A stretch of DNA of 64,000 bases from an uncultured Candidatus Sumerlaeota bacterium. GTDB lineage: Bacteria; Sumerlaeota; Sumerlaeia; MVZB01; JAJFLK01. The stretch covers positions 4,443 through 68,442 of the forward strand of contig CAYXAU010000018.1 in the NCBI GenBank assembly GCA_964463045.1, read 5' to 3'. Position 1 is the first letter of the stretch; the number at the start of each line of letters is the position of its first letter. The notes beneath the pieces were generated by a model, which saw only the letters and a list, made by a program, of their open reading frames with translations, was not told where the DNA came from and did no database searches. Position numbers and translations under genes: made by a program. Of this stretch, positions 56,771-64,000 are shown in pieces.

Positions 56771-57862
56771 GTGGACCTGGACCGACTGATTGAGGGGGCG
56801 GTCAAAGCGCGCGCGACGGATCTCCACCTGATGGAGGGCTTTCCGCCGTACGTCCGGATCGACGACGTGATCCTGCCCGTCGAAGCCGAGCCGGTGACCC
56901 ACGTCGAGCTGACGGAACTGCTCAAGCGGATCATGCCGGAGCGGCTGCGGGGAGGGCTCGAAACCCGACGAGGCGTCGATTTCGCCTACCAGCACAAGGA
57001 ATTGGTGAGGACGCGGACGGTGGCGTTTTACGAGCGCCGGCGGCTCGCCCTCGTCTTTCGGCTCATTCCGATGACGCCCCCGACGCTGGCCGAACTGGAG
57101 ATGCCGCCGGTCCTGGAACGCTTCGAGGAGTTCCATCGCGGGCTGGTGGTGTTGACCGGCCCGACCGGATGCGGCAAGTCGACGACGCTGGCCGCGCTCA
57201 TCCACGGGATCAATGCCCGCCGGCGCGTCTCCATCATCACGATCGAGGACCCGATCGAATACCTTCATCGGAACCAGCGGGCCGTCGTCGTCCAGCGCGA
57301 GGTCGGCGAGGACGTGGCCAGTTTTCAGGCGGGGCTCATCCAGGCGTTGCGTCAGGATCCGGACGTGATCCTCGTCGGCGAGATGCGCGAGCTCGAGACG
57401 ATGCGGACGGCGATCCAGGCCGCCGAAACCGGGCACCTGGTTCTTTCGACGCTCCACACGGCCAGCGCCATTCAGACGATCGAGCGCGTCCTGGGGACGT
57501 TTCCGGAAAACGAACACGGGGTCGTCCTGGAACAACTGGCCGCCAATCTCCGGGCGGTCGTCACGCAGGAGCTCGTTCGCCGCAAGGAGGGCAAGGGCCG
57601 GATCGCGGCGGCGGAGATTCTGGTGGCCGACGAGGAAGTCGCCAAATTGATCCGGGAACGACGCTTCGAGGACATTTACACGCTCATGAAGGCCGGACGC
57701 GGCGGCATGCAGACGCTCGATCTGGCGCTGGCGAAGCTGATCCAGGCCGGCAAGATCACCGAGGAGGAAGCCCGACGCTTCGCGCGCGACGTTCACACGC
57801 TGCACCGCTACGTGACGGGGAAGATGGCCTCCAGCGACGTGGGAGCCGTCCTTCAGGATTAA
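56771..57862 (+). CDS. pilT: type IV pilus twitching-motility ATPase PilT
   Basis: GPTGCGKSTT Walker A, IEDPIEY, DVILVGEMRE Asp box; GTG start with GAGGA RBS. Confidence 0.85.
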   Translation: MDLDRLIEGAVKARATDLHLMEGFPPYVRIDDVILPVEAEPVTHVELTELLKRIMPERLRGGLETRRGVDFAYQHKELVRTRTVAFYERRRLALVFRLIPMTPPTLAELEMPPVLERFEEFHRGLVVLTGPTGCGKSTTLAALIHGINARRRVSIITIEDPIEYLHRNQRAVVVQREVGEDVASFQAGLIQALRQDPDVILVGEMRELETMRTAIQAAETGHLVLSTLHTASAIQTIERVLGTFPENEHGVVLEQLAANLRAVVTQELVRRKEGKGRIAAAEILVADEEVAKLIRERRFEDIYTLMKAGRGGMQTLDLALAKLIQAGKITEEEARRFARDVHTLHRYVTGKMASSDVGAVLQD

Positions 57863-57959
57863 GCGGGGACGCCCCCCCGCCGCGGGGGACCTCTTTCCCC
57901 GGATCAAATTTGATTGACATTGGCCGGCTCCGGCACTAGCCTCGAAGGCGAACTTCGAG

Positions 57960-58496
57960 GTGAAAATGATTTCGGCGGTCAAGCGACGATTCCGTTCCAC
58001 GGTCGGGTCGCTGATTGTCCTTGCGGCGGTGGCCGCCGTCGGCTGCGGGAAGTCCGCAGAGGAAGCGGCCGAAGAGGCCGCCGAAGGGGCCATCGAGCGC
58101 CAGTCGGGCGGCGAGGTCCAGGCGGACATTTCCGGGGAACGGATGACGATCAAAACGCGCGAGGGGGAGCTGGCCATCGACCCCGACGGAGGGCTGGAGC
58201 TGCCGCAGATCGTCCCGCCGGACCTGCCGATTCTCCCCGGGGCGCGGGTGGTCATGTCCGCCCGCCAGGCCGGAAGTCTGATGCTGGAGCTGGAGACGGA
58301 CGACGCCAAGTCGAGGGTCGTCGAGGCCTATCAATCGGAGATGAAGGCCAAGGGTTGGAACGAAACGGCGAGCGTCCGCACGGCGGAGATCGACTCCCTC
58401 CAATATGAAAAGGGGGAAGGACGCGAGGCCTCGGTTTCCGTCCGAACCGAGGCGGGCCGGACGCGCGTCGTCCTTGTCGTCACAACCGAGCCTTGA
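57960..58496 (+). CDS. hypothetical lipoprotein
   Basis: lipoprotein signal [10 protein letters not shown]; Glu/Ala-rich. Confidence 0.45.
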   Translation: MKMISAVKRRFRSTVGSLIVLAAVAAVGCGKSAEEAAEEAAEGAIERQSGGEVQADISGERMTIKTREGELAIDPDGGLELPQIVPPDLPILPGARVVMSARQAGSLMLELETDDAKSRVVEAYQSEMKAKGWNETASVRTAEIDSLQYEKGEGREASVSVRTEAGRTRVVLVVTTEP

Positions 58497-58539
58497 ACCG
58501 AGCCGCGCGAGTCATCTCAAGCTGAAAGGAGGCGCCCCC

Positions 58540-60108
58540 ATGTGGGTCCCCAAGTATGAGCGCGACGAGCGCAAGGGGGTGGACACGCCGCTGCCGACGC
58601 AGGTGGTCTCCAACGAAGAAATTCTGCCCCGGCCGATCCGCCCGCAGCAGTTGGCGGTCGAGGCCCGGATCCAGGAGTTGGGCGAGGCCAACGCCCGGCG
58701 CGTCGGCATGGATCGGCGGCGGTTCATGCGGACGTCGATGGGGATGGCGACGGCGGCCATGGCGATGAACGAGGTCTATGGACCTTACTGGGAGGTCGAG
58801 GCCGCCGAGATGTTCGAGCCGGAGGCGACCGAGGAGAAGTATCCCAAGGGGGAGTACTTCATCATCGACGTCCAAGCGCACTTCACCAATTCGTGGGAAA
58901 TCGCCGCCGAGCGGGGCCTCATTTCGCCGGAGAATCCAGGCGGCGGACGACGCCGTCAGGGCGGCGGCTTCCGCTCCTACGAGTTCCTGCGGAACATGGG
59001 CTTCCAACTGAAGGACGATCTGGAGGCCTATAGCTTCTCCAATTTCATCAAGGAGATGTTCTTCGACAGCGAGACGAGCATGGTCGTCATCAGCGGCGTC
59101 CCCAACCGGGAGGAACAGCGCGACGACGAGGGTAACGTGCTCGAGGGCCTGCAGCGCAGCCAGGGCGGCCTGCCGAGCTGGCTCATGTCCGAACGCAAGA
59201 AGGACATCAACGACGTCGCGCGGTCCCAGCGGGCGCTCTGCCAGGGCAACTGCGCCCCGAATCATTACTGGGACAAGCTGCGCAATCGGCCGGATTACAA
59301 CGCCCTCTACGAGCAAATGGAGCGCGAGGTCAAGGTCTACGGCATCGATTCCTGGAAGTGGTATTGCCACACCGATCCGGGCCGCAGCGGCGGAGGCTTC
59401 CAGTTGGACGACGACATGACGGCGGCCTTCTACGACTACTCGCGCAAGCTCGGGTTGCGCATCTTCAGCGTGCATAAGGGCTTCTCCTACCAGTCTCGGA
59501 CGCTGGGGCATCTGGCCAACCCCAAGGACGTGGAGAAAGCCGCGCTCGACAACCCCGACCTGACGTTCGTCATCTATCACTCGGCGCTCAAGCACGGCCC
59601 GAACGAGCCCGACTACGAGAGCCTGAACAAGTTCGACCCGACGACGGGGGATTTCCTCTGGCACAATGTCCTGATCGACGTGAAGCGGCGGAACCCGCAA
59701 CTGAGTAACGTTTACTGCGAGATCGGCTCCTCGTTCGGGCTCCTGGCCGTCGAGCACCCGGCCATGTGCCAGCACCTGATGGGGAAGAACATCAAGTATT
59801 ACGGGATCGATCACGTCGTCTGGGGAACGGATTGCCTCTGGTGGGGCTCGCCGCAGTGGGCGATCGACCTCTGGAAGCGCTTCCAGTTCACCGACGAGAT
59901 GTGCGAGCGGTTCGGCTACCGCAAGCTTACCAAGGAAGACAAGCAGATGGTCTTCGGGACGAACGCGGCGCGCATCTACGGCGTTGACCTGAACGCCAAG
60001 CGGAACGCGCTGCCGGCCGAGGCGCTCTCGAGGTTCAAGGTCCAGTACGAGAAGGCCGGCGGCGAGCCCTCGAACAAATTCCCCGGATGGGTCCGCGCCG
60101 ACGCCTGA
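58540..60108 (+). CDS. Tat-exported metal-dependent amidohydrolase (amidohydrolase-2 family)
   Basis: AAGGAGG RBS; [21 protein letters not shown] Tat signal 56 aa in from the start (alternative start 58708); amidohydrolase TIM-barrel. Confidence 0.65.
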   Translation: MWVPKYERDERKGVDTPLPTQVVSNEEILPRPIRPQQLAVEARIQELGEANARRVGMDRRRFMRTSMGMATAAMAMNEVYGPYWEVEAAEMFEPEATEEKYPKGEYFIIDVQAHFTNSWEIAAERGLISPENPGGGRRRQGGGFRSYEFLRNMGFQLKDDLEAYSFSNFIKEMFFDSETSMVVISGVPNREEQRDDEGNVLEGLQRSQGGLPSWLMSERKKDINDVARSQRALCQGNCAPNHYWDKLRNRPDYNALYEQMEREVKVYGIDSWKWYCHTDPGRSGGGFQLDDDMTAAFYDYSRKLGLRIFSVHKGFSYQSRTLGHLANPKDVEKAALDNPDLTFVIYHSALKHGPNEPDYESLNKFDPTTGDFLWHNVLIDVKRRNPQLSNVYCEIGSSFGLLAVEHPAMCQHLMGKNIKYYGIDHVVWGTDCLWWGSPQWAIDLWKRFQFTDEMCERFGYRKLTKEDKQMVFGTNAARIYGVDLNAKRNALPAEALSRFKVQYEKAGGEPSNKFPGWVRADA

Positions 60109-60242
60109 AGAGCCGCGCGAGAGCCCGCCGAAGCTTTCAACGCGCCCAAGGTTCGCGCCCCAAACCGGCCCACGACTGGACGGGACCCGGCCGGGCTGCA
60201 ACTTTAAAAACGAAGGGGGGACGGCGGAGTCGCTCAAGGGGA

Positions 60243-61343
60243 TCAGGATGAGAAGACCCGGGCCAGATCGGGCCAGAAGCGAAGCCCCGCGACGGCGAGC
60301 GCCAGGGCGGCCAGCGCGAGGGCTGCGATCTTGACCCGGCTCCATGGCCGCTCTCCCTGCACTTCGCCCGTCCGGCCGTTGACCAGGAACCGGTAAGACC
60401 GGTCGCGGAACCGGTAGGCGCTGATCCAGATGGGGAGAAGGATGTGCTTGAACGTGACGTCCTCGCGCTGAGTCCGGACGTTATGGATGCGCTGATGGTC
60501 GCCGCCGATGTCCCTCCGGACGGCGGCCTCGATGGCCCCGTCCATCTTGCGACAGGCCTCGGCGAATCCTTCGGCGAGGTCGATCTGATAACTCTCGCTC
60601 TCGAAGCCGCTCAGGTAAGCGTCTGAATACGGCTTCAGCGCCGCGAGGTCCCAAGGATCGAGCCGCTCGGCGCAACGCCGGGGCAACGTCTGGCTGGCCT
60701 GGGCGAGCACGTCGTCAAAGTCCAGCCGGACGACGCCGGCGGCGGGGCTCCAGCGCGTCCGGCGAACGCGACGGGTCCGCCGGACGGAACGGCCTCCCTG
60801 GCGGGTCCAAAAACTCTCGGTGACCCAATAGTCGTCCCCCCGCTCGCCTCGGTAAGCGCTGATCGTTCGGCAATCGAACGTCCAGTAAGGAATGTACACG
60901 CCACGGACCGGGTGATCATCGCGGGCGTAGCGTTTGAGCCCGCCCGGGGCGAGCCAGAGCCGCCGGGTCCAGTCGCGGAAGGCCTGGCGCGCCTGGGGCT
61001 CGTCGATCCTGAACGGCAGGAGGGCCGCCGGCCGGATCAGTCGCCGGCTCGCCCCCTGAATCACCAGCGGGGAGCCGCAGAAGGCGCAGGCGCCGGCCGT
61101 GACGTGACGGCCGAAAGTCGTCTCCGCGCCGCAGAATTGGCACTTGACCGCGAGGCGCTCCTCGGTCTCGGCCTCCGCGGCCAGACGCGCCAGATGGGCG
61201 GCGAAATCCTGCTCGAGGACCTCCCCCTCGATTTCCGGGACGGGATTCTCCCGGCCACAGTAAGGACACGTGAGGGTCGCCGTGGCCGGCGCAAAGACGA
61301 CGTCGGCCCCGCAGTCGCGGCAGGGAAACGTCCGGACGGTCAT
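60243..61343 (-). CDS. double zinc-ribbon protein with C-terminal TM anchor (YdjG-like)
   Basis: CRDCG...CPYCG and CQFCG...CAFCG ribbons; C-terminal IAALALAALALAVAGL helix. Confidence 0.5.
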   Translation of the reverse strand: MTVRTFPCRDCGADVVFAPATATLTCPYCGRENPVPEIEGEVLEQDFAAHLARLAAEAETEERLAVKCQFCGAETTFGRHVTAGACAFCGSPLVIQGASRRLIRPAALLPFRIDEPQARQAFRDWTRRLWLAPGGLKRYARDDHPVRGVYIPYWTFDCRTISAYRGERGDDYWVTESFWTRQGGRSVRRTRRVRRTRWSPAAGVVRLDFDDVLAQASQTLPRRCAERLDPWDLAALKPYSDAYLSGFESESYQIDLAEGFAEACRKMDGAIEAAVRRDIGGDHQRIHNVRTQREDVTFKHILLPIWISAYRFRDRSYRFLVNGRTGEVQGERPWSRVKIAALALAALALAVAGLRFWPDLARVFSS

Positions 61344-61355
61344 GACCGAGCCGCG

Positions 61356-62447
61356 CTAAGCGTTCGGCGGCAACGGGGGGGGGACGGCGGTCCAAAGCGC
61401 GGCCAGCTCGCCGACCTCGCCGGCGGCGGTCCATTGGGCCATCCCCTGGGCCCAGACCAGCGTCTGGCGCGTCAGCTCGCCTGCCCGGGCCATCTGGCTG
61501 AGCCGGGCAGTGTCGAAGGGTCCGGCCTGGCGGCCGCCCAGGGCGACGTAGTAGCCGGCGGCGGGCAGGGGCGGCGGCGCGGTCGGCGGCCCCGCGCTCA
61601 TGGATTGGGCCATCTGATGCCCCATGGCGAACCCCATTCCCATGCCCATGCCCCCGGCGGCCAGCCCGCCGGGATTCTCGGCCGCCTTCTCCATGGATTG
61701 AGCGGCCTGGAACTGGGTGTAGGCCTGGAGGTTTCCGACGATCCCCAGGCTGGCGCGCTTATCGAGGGCCTGCTCGACTTCCGGCGGGAGCGAGACGTTC
61801 TCGACCAGGAACTTCGTGATCTCCAGTCCGTATTCCTCGAACTCGGGGCCGAGTTTCTCCTGAACGTAACGGCCGAGCTCATCGTAATTCGAAGCCAGGT
61901 CCAGAATCGGAATCCGGCTTTCGGCGACGAGATCGGTGAAGCGGGTGACGATCAGATTACGGAGTTGCTCCTTGATCTCGCCGGTTGTAAAGCGTCCGTC
62001 CGTGCCGACGATCTGGAGGAGACAACGGGCCGGGTCCTTGATCCGCATGGCGTAGGTCCCGAAGGCGCGCAAGCGGACGCCGCCGAACTCCGTATCGCGC
62101 AGCATGACGGGGTTCTTCGTCCCCCACTTGAGGTCGGTAAACTGCCTCAAGTTGGCGAAATAGACCTCGGCCTTGAAGGGACTGCGGAAGCCGTATTTCC
62201 AGCCCTGGAGCGTGGAGAGAATCGGCAGATTCTCCGTCTCCAGCGTGTGCGTTCCCGGCCCGAAAACGTCGGCCAGTTGGCCCTCGTTGATAAAGACGGC
62301 GGCCTGCGCCTCGCGCACGACCAGCTTCGCCCCATACTTGATCTCGTTGCCGTAACGTTCGAACCGCCACACCAACGTGTCGCTGGTCGGGTCCAGCCAT
62401 TCAATGATGTCAATGAATTCGCCTTTGAGCTTGTCCCAGAGACCCAT
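61356..62447 (-). CDS. SPFH/Band-7 (Band_7_1, YdjI-like) protein with C-terminal DUF4339-like GYF domain
   Basis: MGLWDKLKGEFIDIIEWLD N-terminus typical of this SPFH subfamily; C-terminal YYVALGGRQAGPFDTARLSQM...WAQGMAQW. Confidence 0.7.
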   Translation of the reverse strand: MGLWDKLKGEFIDIIEWLDPTSDTLVWRFERYGNEIKYGAKLVVREAQAAVFINEGQLADVFGPGTHTLETENLPILSTLQGWKYGFRSPFKAEVYFANLRQFTDLKWGTKNPVMLRDTEFGGVRLRAFGTYAMRIKDPARCLLQIVGTDGRFTTGEIKEQLRNLIVTRFTDLVAESRIPILDLASNYDELGRYVQEKLGPEFEEYGLEITKFLVENVSLPPEVEQALDKRASLGIVGNLQAYTQFQAAQSMEKAAENPGGLAAGGMGMGMGFAMGHQMAQSMSAGPPTAPPPLPAAGYYVALGGRQAGPFDTARLSQMARAGELTRQTLVWAQGMAQWTAAGEVGELAALWTAVPPPLPPNA

Positions 62448-62737
62448 GAGCGGACTCCTATCGGGGCCTCAGCCCCCGGGCCGGCGTCGAGAAATCAGCC
62501 GCCGTCCTCCTCGGGAGGCCAACCAACGGACGCGACGGCGGAGCTGGACGCGGGCGACATCCTATCAGCGCCGCCCCCGCGAGTCCAAAGCCCTGAGCAC
62601 CCGCGCCACGCCGGCGCCGAGTCCCGCCGATCCGGATCGTTGAGCGATCGTCGCCTGGGCGATCGCCCGACTCACCTTTTGGCGACGGCCGCCCGGAACT
62701 CCCTCGAGATGCTCTCCAAACCCCCCTCCCTTGGATG

Positions 62738-63832
62738 TCAATCCAGCAACCGCCAGCGCCGGTGCGCCCGGTTCGGCGGGGGGAGCGTGATCGCCCGGGC
62801 CTTGGGGACGGCGAAGATGTCGGCCACGCCGAAGCCGTCGTCGCGGGCCACGCTGTAGAGCACCCGATACGTCCCCGACCGCGGGCGCCCCGCGCTGTCC
62901 TCAAACGTCGTCGCCGGCAGCGTGGCGCTATACCGCCGCGTCGTCCCCTCCCGGCTCAGCTCCACCCGCAGATGGTTCGTCACCGGCAGGCCCTCCACGT
63001 ACACCGTCCCCGACCACGCAACAAACGCCTCGGCCCGCTTGACCGTCACCCCCGGCCCCACCTCGCACCAGAGCTCCACCGCCGCCGGGGCCTCCAACGC
63101 CGCGTCGGCCCGCGCCGCCGTGATCTCCGGCGGGATGAACCCGAAGGCCGGCAGGTTCCCGAAAACCGCCCGGCTCGCCACCTCCCCGTCCCGCACAAGG
63201 TCCCACCGCCCGTCGCCGTCGTCGTCCAGCCACGGAGCCTGCGGCGCCGCCGACGGCACCCCGAGGGCCTGAACCGCCTCCCGCGCCACCTCAAAACTGT
63301 CGTAATGCGTGTTCCCCTGGAGCGCCGAGGCCAGAAAAAAGGCCGTAAACGAAAGGCTGCCGCTCGTCGTGCCGAAATTGGCCAGCCGGGCGTCGGTCGT
63401 CGAGGCGTAAACGGCCCGGCGCGTCCCCGGCGGGGCCGTCGATGCCACCTTGATGAAGCCCCCGGCGTAACACATGTCCACCAGGAGGTGGACCTCCGGC
63501 AGCGGGTCGGGGCCCGATTGGGCCGCGTCCAGAAGGGCGTCCAGATCGGCGGCCGAGAGAAGCTCCCGCGGGCTGCGCCTCCCGTCGAGCAGGAAGAACC
63601 ACTCCGTGGGCGTCGCCGGGGGCGAGGGATCGGCCAGGCCGTGGTCGATCAGGAGGAGGGTGAGGCGGGCGGCGTCGGCGGCCCAGTCGGCGATCGCCTC
63701 GGCGACGGCGGCCCCGGCGGCCGGCCCATCGACGTTGGGATTCTGCTCCGGCGTCTCGAAGGCCGAGAGATAGAGAATCCGCTCCGGCGTGAACCCCCGG
63801 ATCGTGGCCGTCACATGGGCCAGATGGGCCAA
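62738..63832 (-). CDS. caspase-fold cysteine peptidase, C13 (legumain)-like
   Basis: LLLIDHG (His) and HLLVDMCYAGGF (Cys) catalytic dyad; TTG start; no signal peptide. Confidence 0.4.
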   Translation of the reverse strand: MAHLAHVTATIRGFTPERILYLSAFETPEQNPNVDGPAAGAAVAEAIADWAADAARLTLLLIDHGLADPSPPATPTEWFFLLDGRRSPRELLSAADLDALLDAAQSGPDPLPEVHLLVDMCYAGGFIKVASTAPPGTRRAVYASTTDARLANFGTTSGSLSFTAFFLASALQGNTHYDSFEVAREAVQALGVPSAAPQAPWLDDDGDGRWDLVRDGEVASRAVFGNLPAFGFIPPEITAARADAALEAPAAVELWCEVGPGVTVKRAEAFVAWSGTVYVEGLPVTNHLRVELSREGTTRRYSATLPATTFEDSAGRPRSGTYRVLYSVARDDGFGVADIFAVPKARAITLPPPNRAHRRWRLLD

Positions 63833-64000
63833 CGCCCGCGTCTGAGCCGCAATCGGGTTCCCCAGATACGGCCCACCCCCGGCGACGAGAAGGAGTTTGT
63901 CCTCGGTCCTCGCCGGGCTGAGGCCGCTAGCCCACCTCAGTGTCAGGCCGTCCCAACCACTGGTGAGGACCGAGCGGCCGTCGGGTGAAAAGGCGACGGA

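Noticed and set aside
56765-62858. Long antisense ORFs (56765..58309 -, 58480..60345 -, 60912..62858 +) opposite pilT, amidohydrolase, zinc-ribbon and SPFH genes
   Set aside because: All give R/G/P-rich products; partner strands carry recognisable family motifs
1-64000. CRISPR arrays, IS elements/transposases, integrases, prophage genes, rRNA
   Set aside because: No direct-repeat/spacer periodicity, no DDE/tyrosine recombinase motifs, no rRNA-like conserved stretches found on inspection

Overview
64 kb high-GC (about two-thirds G+C) bacterial chromosomal segment, densely coding on both strands. Its gene content indicates Planctomycetota-like origin: PSCyt1-type cytochrome c domains, GspG-like prepilin proteins, a TatC with an internal insertion, and a split cytochrome b with a large multihaem cytochrome c. 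I call about 55 protein genes, including housekeeping genes (tatA/tatC, trpS, scpA, recR, ybaB, nagB, rnhA, pilT, sppA, HU, FtsW/RodA). Metabolic and transport genes include a Rieske/cyt b6/subunit IV/octahaem cytochrome c bc-type complex operon and an ArgZ/AgrE-like bifunctional arginine dihydrolase. Others are two adjacent MqnC/MqnE-family radical SAM genes, an M3 oligoendopeptidase and a dipeptide ABC permease pair. No rRNA, tRNA, CRISPR, transposase or integrase was recognised. Two paralogous genes encode an unusual fusion of a PSCyt1 c-type cytochrome domain to a PHM/DBH-like type-2 copper monooxygenase; one of them sits behind a textbook sigma-54 (-24/-12) promoter with a palindromic upstream site, and a sigma-54 activator with a zinc-ribbon/TPR sensor lies nearby. 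Other notable items are a Ser/Thr kinase carrying an extracellular GspG-like pseudopilin domain and a possible module of a caspase-fold (C13-like) peptidase, an SPFH/Band-7 protein and a double zinc-ribbon membrane protein. There is a strongly signalled monocistronic prepilin-like gene (A9 UP-like tract, TTGACA promoter, AGGAGG RBS, canonical terminator). A roughly 680 bp low-GC non-coding island remains unexplained. All calls rest on motif recognition and codon-position GC bias by eye; no database searches were run, and start sites should be treated as approximate (plus or minus a few codons).
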